This document shows, one piece after another, positions 7,979-16,088 of a stretch of 25,150 nt of DNA (positions are counted from its first letter, which is position 1; every line of letters starts with the position of its first letter). Under the pieces are notes generated by a model that saw only the letters and a program-made list of their open reading frames with translations, ran no database searches and had not been told where the DNA came from. A program made the translations under genes and the position numbers. This DNA is from Deltaproteobacteria bacterium (GTDB lineage: Bacteria > Desulfobacterota > GWC2-55-46 > S146-73). The DNA lies in contig WGFF01000222.1 of the NCBI GenBank assembly GCA_015492355.1, forward strand, positions 1 through 25,150, given 5' to 3'.

Positions 7979-9356
7979 GGGAGGGTTTTTCCTTCTGCTC
8001 CTTTTAGGTCTCCATATATGGGGTTTGCCCGGTACTCTCCTGGCAGATGACAGGATGGATAACCTTGAGGCAAGGGTTACAAGGCTTGAGGCGATAGTGG
8101 ATAGTCTTTCGATCGAGGGTAGAATAAGGATAAGGGGCAATTCGTATAACAATCTCGATCTCAACAAGGGAGACAGAAAGGACAACCGTAATGACTTTGT
8201 AGACCTGCGGAGTTATATCATACTCAGGGCAGGGAGGGATAACTGGTCGGGTGTTGCTGGACTGGACCTTGCCGGTGATGACTTCAATGATGGTGTTGTG
8301 CTCGGGAATGACGATCCTGGCAAGAATAGACAGATAGATGTAGGGGTAAGGTACCTCTATCTCGACTACAGGAACCATTTCATCCTTCGTATAGGTAGAC
8401 AGCCTGCCAGAGTCGGTCATGGTATAGCATCCAATATCATACGGGATATGTTCAAGGTGGGATGGGATTTTGGGCGCTTTGATATCGTATTGGTGTGGGT
8501 CAAGGGTGCAGAAGGGGATAGTCAGGCTGGAGATGTCCCCACAACAAGAAGGATACTGGGTGGTGGCACAGGGGATGACCAGGACCTGGATGCCTTTGGC
8601 GTGGTGATGAATACCTCCCTTTCTGAAGGAGGGAATCTACAATTCTATCTTATCCGTAAGTTCGATACCACAGAGGAGAAGAAACACACCGAGCATATGC
8701 TTGCAGGGCTTTCTGGCTCTGGTGTGGTCTTAAGGAATCTCCTCCTTAAATTTGAATTCAACTACCTCGGTGGTCGAACACCAAAGGGGATGGAGGGCAG
8801 TCCACCTGACAGGAGGGCTGATATAGAGGCTCTTATGCTCTATCTCGATGGCACCTACAGTTACAACCACCTCAGCGGTGGAATCGCATTTGGGTACGGC
8901 AGTGGGGATAACAACCCATCGGATGGTGTACTCAGGAATTTTCAGAACTTCTTTATAGATGAGACAGGCTTCCATTATACGTACCTTTTCAGTGATGATA
9001 TCCATGGATACGATGGAAGATCGGCTGACACAGGCAGGGGCTCTGGTTTCGCCAATATTACATGGTTGGGGTTTCGTCTCGGATATAGCATCCGTGGTCT
9101 TAAGATAGGTGGCTCCTACACCTATTTGATGGCTACAAGGTGCCAGAAGGAGGGTTCTGGTCCACTCGGGGATGGCTCTCCTCTGTCATCGTCCATGACA
9201 AGGGATGTGGGATATGAGATGGACGGAGACATTTACTACACTGTGAACGATACGGTGAATATCGGTCTCAGGGGCGGGGTCTTCTTCCCGGGGAGGATCT
9301 ATAGATACAGGGATGTGGCATCAAAGATGGAGCTTACGGTTGAGTATAGATTCTAA
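7959..9356 (+). CDS. Outer-membrane beta-barrel porin (alginate-export-like)
   Basis: Signal peptide ending GTLLA, short coiled coil (LEARVTRLEAIVDSL), alternating amphipathic beta strands, RIGRQ and C-terminal ELTVEYRF ending in Phe (BAM-type signal). Confidence 0.8.
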   Translation: MLIDVTKGGFFLLLLLGLHIWGLPGTLLADDRMDNLEARVTRLEAIVDSLSIEGRIRIRGNSYNNLDLNKGDRKDNRNDFVDLRSYIILRAGRDNWSGVAGLDLAGDDFNDGVVLGNDDPGKNRQIDVGVRYLYLDYRNHFILRIGRQPARVGHGIASNIIRDMFKVGWDFGRFDIVLVWVKGAEGDSQAGDVPTTRRILGGGTGDDQDLDAFGVVMNTSLSEGGNLQFYLIRKFDTTEEKKHTEHMLAGLSGSGVVLRNLLLKFEFNYLGGRTPKGMEGSPPDRRADIEALMLYLDGTYSYNHLSGGIAFGYGSGDNNPSDGVLRNFQNFFIDETGFHYTYLFSDDIHGYDGRSADTGRGSGFANITWLGFRLGYSIRGLKIGGSYTYLMATRCQKEGSGPLGDGSPLSSSMTRDVGYEMDGDIYYTVNDTVNIGLRGGVFFPGRIYRYRDVASKMELTVEYRF

Positions 9357-9547
9357 AGGTGAAACGAAAACCGAAGGCTGAGCCTTTTCATAGGGTTTGA
9401 TTGCAGAAAAAGAGTCTGTGGGGAGGTGAGCCACTGTGTGGCTAACAGTGGTCTTCCCTTTTGAGGGTTCATCCCGGGAGTTCAAATCCCTCTCTTGCGA
9501 AGGATGGTGTAACAAAAGACGAAACTATGAAAACCAAAAGGAGGTAG

Positions 9548-10108
9548 ATGATGAGTGCAAGGAAGATGCTGATACTTGCGTCTGTGTTTGTTCTTTGTAT
9601 ACTTCTGAGCCCCTATGAGGTGAGGGCAGGAGAAAATCATCCATGTGGCAAGAATCCATGCGGGATGAAGGTGAAGAAGATAAGGAAGTATCCCTTGAAG
9701 GATATGGAAAAGGCGATGAAGGAGGCTGAAAGGCTGTGGAAGGATCCATCACTCGGTAGTGCTGGTGTATCGTGCTCCACATGCCATCCGAATGGCAGGG
9801 GGCTTAAACAAGAGCCCTTCCCTAAGTACATAAAGATGGCAGGTGATATACTCACACTCGATCAGATGATAAACTTCTGTATCACAAACCCCATGAAGGG
9901 TAAGCCCCTGAGCTGGAACCATCAGAAGCTCACAGCCCTTTCCCTCTATATAAAGATGAAAACACACGGGGTCCATCCCTGTGGTATGAAGCATCCCTGT
10001 GGCATGAAACATCCATGCGGGATGAAACACCCATGTGCTAAACATCCGTGTGCAAAGAATCCATGTGCGGGTAATCCATGTGCCATGAAGCATCCATGCG
10101 GGATGTAG
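9548..10108 (+). CDS. Periplasmic monoheme cytochrome c with probable His/Cys ligation and [H/N]PC repeat arms
   Basis: Signal peptide ending EVRA; CSTCH at 9773-9787; TLDQMINFCITNPMKG resembles the TsdA/SoxA segment carrying the axial Cys; two N-terminal and eight C-terminal [H/N]PC[G/A] units; AAGGAGG ribosome-binding site. Confidence 0.85.
   Translation: MMSARKMLILASVFVLCILLSPYEVRAGENHPCGKNPCGMKVKKIRKYPLKDMEKAMKEAERLWKDPSLGSAGVSCSTCHPNGRGLKQEPFPKYIKMAGDILTLDQMINFCITNPMKGKPLSWNHQKLTALSLYIKMKTHGVHPCGMKHPCGMKHPCGMKHPCAKHPCAKNPCAGNPCAMKHPCGM
9974..10105 (+). repeat. Coding tandem repeat, 8 imperfect 15-18 bp units encoding HPCGMK/HPCAK/NPCAG
   Basis: catccctgtggtatgaag, catccctgtggcatgaaa, catccatgcgggatgaaa and so on; units vary mostly at third codon positions. 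Confidence 0.9.
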
Positions 10109-11196
10109 TCCTTCTCTGGATGGTCTTATTCCTTGTGCCTGGTTATGTTGTGGCAGATGACATAACCCTTTTTGAATACTGGTCAAGACCCCTGAGCATA
10201 GGGGAAAAAACCCCCTATCCAGAGAACTGCGGTGAATGTCATAAAAGACAGTACACGGACTGGATAGGCTCACTACATCGAAGAAGCGTTGGTCCAGGGC
10301 TCCTGAGCCAGTTAAAGCCAGAAGAGTACCCTGATTATGCACTTTCCTGTTACTACTGCCATGCCCCAGCAGTGGAACAGAACGAAATGGTAAGACGGGG
10401 TGATGGGTATGTACGGAACGATTCATTCGACAGGAGGCTCAAGCATTCTGGAATATCCTGTGTCATCTGCCATGTAAGGAAGGGCAGGATATATGGTCCT
10501 GTACCTTCGGGTGATAGGGAAGGGGGACATCCCTTCACAGTAAAGGATTTTTTCTCAAGTGCCGAGTTCTGCAGGGTGTGTCATCAGCTGGATGGAGGAT
10601 ACGAGCTTAATGGCAAGGTGCTCGTCAACACATACAGGGAATGGAAGGAAAGTCCCTATGGAAAGAATAACATAACCTGTCAGCACTGTCACATGCCAGA
10701 TAGAAGGCACCTGTTCAGGGGTATACACGATCCAGAGATGGTAAGAAATGGTGTGGACTTTGAGGTAAGAGGAGGGAAGGAGAAGATAACACTCCTGATC
10801 AAGAATACCGGTGTGGGGCACAACTTTCCTACCTATGTAACACCCCTCGTTGTTGTAAGGGGTTTTGTGGTGGATGGCAGTGGAACGGTGGTTGGTGGCA
10901 CACTCAGGGAGTCGTTCGTGGGGAGAAAGGTTACACTGGACCTTACAGAGGAACTCTTCGATACCCGTATCCCCCCGGGTGGGGAGTTTGGCTTCGAATA
11001 TCCTGTTGATGGTGCAAAAGGAAAGAAGATAGTGCTTGAGGTATGGGTGTATCCAGACGAGTTCTACAACCGCTTCTTTCACTCCGCACTGGAGGATACC
11101 AACTCAGAGGACATAAAGGAGGCATTGGATATAACAGAGAATTCCTTTTATCTTCTTTTTAGAGAGGAGGTGCGTATCCCGGAAAGACCTATGTGA
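10096..11196 (+). CDS. Pentaheme cytochrome c (c554/c552-like multiheme domain plus beta-rich C-terminal domain)
   Basis: CGECH, CYYCH, CVICH, CRVCH, CQHCH; NTGVGHNFPT motif; signal peptide from ATG 10096 (MRDVVLLWMVLFLVPGYVVA), overlapping the upstream stop. Confidence 0.88.
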   Translation: MRDVVLLWMVLFLVPGYVVADDITLFEYWSRPLSIGEKTPYPENCGECHKRQYTDWIGSLHRRSVGPGLLSQLKPEEYPDYALSCYYCHAPAVEQNEMVRRGDGYVRNDSFDRRLKHSGISCVICHVRKGRIYGPVPSGDREGGHPFTVKDFFSSAEFCRVCHQLDGGYELNGKVLVNTYREWKESPYGKNNITCQHCHMPDRRHLFRGIHDPEMVRNGVDFEVRGGKEKITLLIKNTGVGHNFPTYVTPLVVVRGFVVDGSGTVVGGTLRESFVGRKVTLDLTEELFDTRIPPGGEFGFEYPVDGAKGKKIVLEVWVYPDEFYNRFFHSALEDTNSEDIKEALDITENSFYLLFREEVRIPERPM

Positions 11197-11235
11197 GGGT
11201 ATCTACCGAAAAGACTGTACACCTCAAGCCCGTAT

Positions 11236-11263
11236 GGAATAAATCGTACCTGATCCGTATCTA
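11236..11263 (+). promoter_or_regulatory. Candidate ECF-sigma promoter (GGAAT-N16-GTATCTA)
   Basis: Intergenic and upstream of the run of genes that includes the ECF sigma itself; same -35/-10 geometry as the site at 14556. Confidence 0.35.
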
Positions 11264-11445
11264 TAATAACAAAAGGTAATGGCTCATCAAAGAAGGCTGG
11301 TTCCAGAGGAGGGAGAGGGGAGGAGAGGAGACCTTTCCCTTTCTAAGAGACCTTGAGCCCAGGTTTTTTGAAAAGGGTTTTAGTGAGGTCCCACTCTGTG
11401 GGTGGGGGGCTTTACCTGAATAAAATCAAAGAAGGAGGGTAATAG

Positions 11446-11913
11446 ATGTTCAGGAAAGGGATACTAACCATCGTGGTGGTCCTTCTTGCATCGACCATGG
11501 TATGGGCAGGAGGATGGGACAAGAACAAGGGGCTGGACAAGATAACCATCACAGGGGAACTCGTCTGTATCGGCTGTAGCCTTAAGAAGATGAGTGGTGC
11601 CAATGCCCAGTGCAATCTCTACGCTCATCATGCCATAGGTTTTAAGGCACAGGACGGAACACTCTGGTCTATAGTGGATAACGAGAAAGGACACGATATA
11701 ATCAGGGCACACAAACTCCTCGAAAAGAAAAAGGCTACCATAACAGGCTGGCTCTATCCCCTTGCCCACTATATCGAGATAGATACCATAACGGTCGAGG
11801 GCGTGAGCATGGATGAGATACAGGAAGAGGCACTCAGGGAGGATAAACTCCTTGCCAAGAGGCTCCTTACAAGGGAGAAAGGAAAGGTGCCTACAATGGC
11901 ACACGAACACTGA
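11446..11913 (+). CDS. Exported hypothetical protein with CxxC...C...HH motif
   Basis: Signal peptide ending MVWA; ITITGELVCIGC...QCNLYAHH; C-terminal HEH; strong AAGGAGG ribosome-binding site. CIGC lacks the following His, so it is not a heme-c site. Confidence 0.8.
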   Translation: MFRKGILTIVVVLLASTMVWAGGWDKNKGLDKITITGELVCIGCSLKKMSGANAQCNLYAHHAIGFKAQDGTLWSIVDNEKGHDIIRAHKLLEKKKATITGWLYPLAHYIEIDTITVEGVSMDEIQEEALREDKLLAKRLLTREKGKVPTMAHEH

Positions 11914-11942
11914 ACCAGCGAACATAAGGATAGTTCAAAAGG

Positions 11943-12644
11943 ATGGAAGCCTTTGTCAACAACATGGAAGTCTACATCGAGTCTTCCATGTTGTTATCCT
12001 TTATTTCTGCCTTTGTTGGAGGAGTGCTTACGAGTTTTACACCATGCGTATATCCCATGATACCCATTACAGCGAGCTTTGTATGCGCGGGTAATATAGG
12101 TGGTTCAAAACTCAGGGGATTTGTCCTCTCCCTTGCCTATGTGTTTGGCATGGCGGTTGTATATTCATCGCTCGGTATATTTGCAGCCCTTACAGGACGC
12201 TTTTTTGGTGAGGTGAGTACAAATCCCTATGCCTATTTCATAGTGGCAAATATTATCATAGCGTGCGGACTCGCCATGCTCGATGTAATCCCCATACCTG
12301 TCCTTGGTGGCAGGGCTGGTGCGACACAGGGGAGGGGAGTGGCAGGTGCTTTTCTTATAGGTATGGCATCTGGTTTTGTCGCTGCACCGTGTACAGCCCC
12401 TGTGCTTGGTGTGCTCCTTGCCTATGTGGCAACAACGCAGAATGTACCATTTGGAGGGGCACTGCTTTTCTTCTTCTCACTCGGGCTCGGTACACTCCTT
12501 GTTCTTGTGGGTACCTTTTCTGGTATACTCGCTACCCTTCCAAGGAGTGGAGAATGGATGTTGAGGCTCAAAAAGGTAATGGGATTCTTCATGATAGCAC
12601 TGGGTGAGTATTTTCTTATAAAGATGGGGGAATTGATAGTCTGA
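11943..12644 (+). CDS. ccdA: Cytochrome c biogenesis protein CcdA (DsbD transmembrane domain)
   Basis: Multi-TM protein with the two catalytic motifs SFTPCVYPMIP and AAPCTAP, plus LPRSGEWM. Confidence 0.92.
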   Translation: MEAFVNNMEVYIESSMLLSFISAFVGGVLTSFTPCVYPMIPITASFVCAGNIGGSKLRGFVLSLAYVFGMAVVYSSLGIFAALTGRFFGEVSTNPYAYFIVANIIIACGLAMLDVIPIPVLGGRAGATQGRGVAGAFLIGMASGFVAAPCTAPVLGVLLAYVATTQNVPFGGALLFFFSLGLGTLLVLVGTFSGILATLPRSGEWMLRLKKVMGFFMIALGEYFLIKMGELIV

Positions 12645-12667
12645 TAGTATGGATGATTGAGGAGGTT

Positions 12668-13162
12668 ATGGTGAGAAAGGGGACTTATACGAGGATTATA
12701 GTGTTATTTCTTTTGTTACTGCCTGTGACAGCAGGTGCAGTGGACGTGGAGGATAGTGCCCCAGATTTTACCCTCAAGACCATGGACAATGGGGAGATAA
12801 GATACAGCGATATCCGTGGCAGGGCGCCACTTTTTGTTGTCTTCTGGGCTACATGGTGTCCGGTATGTAAGGAGGAGATACCGAGGCTCAAGGAGATATA
12901 CTCCAAGTTCAAACCAAAGGGATTAGAATTTATCGCCATAAATGTAGGTGTTAACGATTCGGTCAATAAGGTACGGAGGTACATGAAAAAGTACGCCATC
13001 CATTACCCGGTTGCCTTTGATAAGGGCAGTACTGTTACACGTCTGTACGGTGTGCAGGGAACACCAACCATTGTAATTATAGACCGCAGGGGAACAGTCC
13101 GCTACCGTTCTGCAACGATCCCAGGAGATATTGCAGAACACCTGGATATGCTCATGCGGTAG
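12668..13162 (+). CDS. TlpA/ResA-family thiol-disulfide oxidoreductase
   Basis: Signal/anchor helix, APDFTL, FWATWCPVC active site, YGVQGTPT cis-Pro loop. GAGGAGG precedes ATG 12668 (track start 12653). Directly follows ccdA. Confidence 0.92.
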   Translation: MVRKGTYTRIIVLFLLLLPVTAGAVDVEDSAPDFTLKTMDNGEIRYSDIRGRAPLFVVFWATWCPVCKEEIPRLKEIYSKFKPKGLEFIAINVGVNDSVNKVRRYMKKYAIHYPVAFDKGSTVTRLYGVQGTPTIVIIDRRGTVRYRSATIPGDIAEHLDMLMR

Positions 13163-13197
13163 GGCAACCAAAGGTTACATTAGAGAGGCCGATTCAA

Positions 13198-13797
13198 TTG
13201 ATGCCCCTTAAAAGAGGACGTGATAAAAAGAGATTCAGGGAATTGACCTTTCCGCATCTTAAGTTCCTGTACAATCTGGCTTTGAAGTATACAGGTAAGA
13301 ACCATAGCGCCGAAGACCTTGTGCAGGAGACCATGTATACTGCCTTTAAAAACTTCCATCAACTCAGGCATGATAAAAAGGTCAAGGGATGGCTTGTCTC
13401 TATCCTGAGGAACATATATCTGCGGGAGATTGAGAAGAATGCCAGAAAAGACGAGGTGGACATCGAAGATACACCTGGCATGTACATGGAAAGGCTCAGG
13501 AACCTTTCAGGCTATGCCGATCCAGAAGAGAGTTTTTTGAGAAAGACAGAAGCCCTGGAGATCCAGGCAATTATAGATAAACTTCCAGAGAGATACAAAA
13601 CCCCCCTTCTTCTTTTTTACATGCAGGGGGCATCGTACAGGGAGATCTCTTCTGTACTCAATATACCCATAGGTACTGTCATGTCGAGCATTTCGAGGGC
13701 AAAGGCTTTTGTTAAAAGAGAACTTTTGAGACTCTATGAAGAGAAGAACATGAAGGTTATTAATCTCTACACCATTCGCAAAATAGAAGGAAAATAG
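13198..13797 (+). CDS. ECF-family RNA polymerase sigma factor
   Basis: Region 2 (AEDLVQET...WLVSILRN) and region 4 (LPERYKTPLLL...SYREISSVLNIPIGTVMSSISRAK). Confidence 0.95.
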   Translation: MMPLKRGRDKKRFRELTFPHLKFLYNLALKYTGKNHSAEDLVQETMYTAFKNFHQLRHDKKVKGWLVSILRNIYLREIEKNARKDEVDIEDTPGMYMERLRNLSGYADPEESFLRKTEALEIQAIIDKLPERYKTPLLLFYMQGASYREISSVLNIPIGTVMSSISRAKAFVKRELLRLYEEKNMKVINLYTIRKIEGK

Positions 13798-13800
13798 ACC

Positions 13801-14499
13801 ATGAAATGCGATGAATTCAGGGAGTGGCTTCTGAGAAGGGAGGAATTTCAGGATATATCCGAAAAAGAGGTGGACTACCATATAAGGGATTGTTCCGACT
13901 GCAGGAGGTTGTACAGTATAGATTCTGCACTCGAAGACCTCATAGGGCAGGCATTGAAAAAGGAAGCCCCCATCCCTGATGGTCTTGTAAGGAGAATAGA
14001 ACTCGATCTCAATGAGGTAGGGTCTGTAAAGAAAGATTACCCATTCCTAAATATCCTCTACAGGATAGCAGTCCCAGTCAGTGTGGTAGCGGTGATTCTT
14101 TTTCTTGTTATCTTCTATCCTTCAAGGGATTTCCACAGTGTCGAAGAGATAGGCAGACTTGCGATTAAAAGCCATCTGTCAGACTTCCCCATGGAATTCA
14201 GGGTAGAGGATACGATGGATATATCCGCTTGGTTCAGGGATAGGTTGAGCTACCAGGTATCACCACCCGATATAAAGGGGCTCAAACTCATGGGCGGAAG
14301 GAAATGTAGCCTCGGTAGTAATGAAGTGGCGTATCTGTTCTACAATAACAGTAAAAACGAAAAGGTCTCGGTCTTTGTTATAGACCCTGATAGGGTCGAT
14401 TTCGATATACAGGAGACAAAGGATTATCAGCTGTTCTTCGGGAACAGGGCAGTAAAGGTATGGAAGAAAAACGGGCTCGTCTATGCCATGGTGGAATGA
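13801..14499 (+). CDS. Transmembrane anti-sigma factor with zinc-binding (zf-HC2/ZAS) N-terminus
   Basis: MKC...HIRDCSDC (HxxxCxxC), one central TM helix and a periplasmic C-terminal domain; lies 3 bp after the sigma gene. Confidence 0.88.
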   Translation: MKCDEFREWLLRREEFQDISEKEVDYHIRDCSDCRRLYSIDSALEDLIGQALKKEAPIPDGLVRRIELDLNEVGSVKKDYPFLNILYRIAVPVSVVAVILFLVIFYPSRDFHSVEEIGRLAIKSHLSDFPMEFRVEDTMDISAWFRDRLSYQVSPPDIKGLKLMGGRKCSLGSNEVAYLFYNNSKNEKVSVFVIDPDRVDFDIQETKDYQLFFGNRAVKVWKKNGLVYAMVE

Positions 14500-14555
14500 G
14501 TATATAAAATCCTAAACTGACCCAATGGGATGGCACACAAAAAAACCATTCCTCC

Positions 14556-14580
14556 GGAACAGAGGTTTTTTCCCCTGTAA
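14556..14580 (+). promoter_or_regulatory. Candidate ECF-sigma promoter (GGAAC-N16-GTAA)
   Basis: Intergenic, between the anti-sigma gene and ORF 14641; matches the generic GGAAC -35 of ECF promoters. Confidence 0.35.
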
Positions 14581-14600
14581 GAACACATCAAATTTTACCC

Positions 14601-14631
14601 TTGACACAGAGGCGACTTTTGGGCATAAAAT
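14601..14631 (+). promoter_or_regulatory. Candidate sigma70 promoter
   Basis: Perfect TTGACA at 14601-14606, followed by CATAAA (17 bp spacer) or TAAAAT (19 bp spacer). The start codon is only about 10 bp further on, implying a nearly leaderless mRNA. Confidence 0.5.
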
Positions 14632-14640
14632 ATAAGAACA

Positions 14641-15054
14641 GTGATGGCGCTTAGAAAGGTAACCATACTTCTCACAATCCTTTTATTCATCACACCAGTA
14701 TTCAAGCCTTTAACATATGGTGTGGCAGGAGGGCAAATGTGTCCGCTCTCCATGGACAGATGCGATAATATGACCATGTGTAAGATTAAAAAATCCACTG
14801 ATTCAAATACCGTAAGATGCCTCCACGGTGATTCGATGGATGAAGACAAAAACCATGGATGTACCACCTTTTTTATGTGTGATACAGGTAAGGATTCCCA
14901 CGGTTATGTCAACTCGATCAATGAGATACCGCTTGTTGTAAGTTCTGTGAATATATACACCTGGAACAATTCTGTGACCTTCAAATCAGAGGATTCCTTT
15001 CTCTACATAGATCCCTTTATATCTGCCGTCTTTAAACCACCTGCCTCTGTTTGA
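14641..15054 (+). CDS. Small Cys-rich exported/membrane protein with C-terminal KPP (DUF2946-like architecture)
   Basis: N-terminal hydrophobic helix, six Cys and several His/Met in the middle, ends VFKPPASV. Confidence 0.6.
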   Translation: MMALRKVTILLTILLFITPVFKPLTYGVAGGQMCPLSMDRCDNMTMCKIKKSTDSNTVRCLHGDSMDEDKNHGCTTFFMCDTGKDSHGYVNSINEIPLVVSSVNIYTWNNSVTFKSEDSFLYIDPFISAVFKPPASV

Positions 15055-15224
15055 TATCCTTCGCTTATCAACCCGAGCAAGGCAAAAGAAGCGGATAATA
15101 TTACCCTTGTAACACTGATGGGGTAGTATATCCATGGCACACAGTGGCAGGAAAGGTGCCATTCTGTTGTGTTGTCTACAGTGGTGTATCCAGATATAAA
15201 GTTTTTAGGTAAATCTTAAAGGGC

Positions 15225-15623
15225 ATGATCTATTCTAATAGAAAGAATGCATTCTATACCATAAGTGTTTTATTCTGTGCTGTAATCATCCAGTGGGGTA
15301 TTCTGTACAATACCATCTACAGATACGGTGTTGCAGATAGTGTTGAACATATCCATAAAGATACGGATATGTGTCTTTTGATGGATGGCTGTCCACACAG
15401 ATGTCCACACCATGGGGTGGATGAATCTGCGCATAAGGATTCACAAATAAAGTGTGGCTGTGACCATCACTATTCCTTTTATTCTGTAGAGATGCCTTTT
15501 CTATCTTATATAGGATCGAAACTCATTCCACATCTCTTACTATCCAGCAGGATGAGGGATATCTTCAATCCTTACAATAACAACATCTCAGACCCACCTG
15601 ACAAACCTCCCAGGATATTTTAA
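15225..15623 (+). CDS. Small Cys/His-rich membrane protein ending PPDKPPRIF (DUF2946-like architecture)
   Basis: N-terminal TM helix; HIH, CPHRCPHH and CGCDHH clusters (6 Cys, 9 His); Pro-Pro-rich C-terminus. Confidence 0.65.
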   Translation: MIYSNRKNAFYTISVLFCAVIIQWGILYNTIYRYGVADSVEHIHKDTDMCLLMDGCPHRCPHHGVDESAHKDSQIKCGCDHHYSFYSVEMPFLSYIGSKLIPHLLLSSRMRDIFNPYNNNISDPPDKPPRIF

Positions 15624-15710
15624 TCCCAGAATAATCTTTCTCTACACAACCGTCAGTCCCTCGGTAGAGGGTATCGTATAACTGCACATTCCTTTAGAAA
15701 GGAGGCGTCT

Positions 15711-15989
15711 ATGTTCTTCAAGGTAATACTGGAGTGTGGGCATGTAGGTGCGGGGAATTGCCATGAGATAACGAAATTTATAGAGAGTAAAGATCCTGTT
15801 ACAGCCTTTCAAATAGCGGGTCGCATGGGAATGGTGAAGAAAAAGAAAGGCTTAAGAGGGGTAAAACTCCTGAAAAGGATAAGCCCTGAAGAATACATGT
15901 ACGGAAAAGGACTACATCCGAATACCGAAGGTTTTTCCACGATTCGATGGAAAGACCTTAAAAGTAAGAGGTCTGCACCAACGGCATAA
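15711..15989 (+). CDS. Small basic hypothetical protein with CGHVGAGN motif (paralog of 7688-7978)
   Basis: AAAGGAGG ribosome-binding site; motif shared with 7688-7978. Confidence 0.75.
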   Translation: MFFKVILECGHVGAGNCHEITKFIESKDPVTAFQIAGRMGMVKKKKGLRGVKLLKRISPEEYMYGKGLHPNTEGFSTIRWKDLKSKRSAPTA

Positions 15990-16088
15990 TTGAATTCGCG
16001 GTGAAGTATGGCTGATGCGATAGAGTGTATTTCATACTATATCAATGATTGCCGGTCCATCTTTCAGAAGAAAGGAGGTTTGATAGAG

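Noticed and set aside
9476-9492. tRNA T-arm-like sequence gggagttcaaatccctc
   Set aside because: It has a GTTCAAATC loop, but the stem has a mismatch and I find no acceptor stem, D arm or anticodon arm around it.
9974-10105. CRISPR-like or mobile repeat array
   Set aside because: Units are contiguous 15-18 bp codon multiples with no spacers and vary at wobble positions; this is a protein repeat.
11305-11344. 27-nt pure purine tract followed by a pyrimidine tract (possible triplex/G4)
   Set aside because: It lacks four clean G-runs and is more simply explained as a G-U-rich hairpin in an intergenic spacer.
14601-14631. MerR-type operator implied by a 19-bp promoter spacer
   Set aside because: No dyad symmetry in the spacer, no merR-family gene in the window, and a 17-bp alternative -10 exists.
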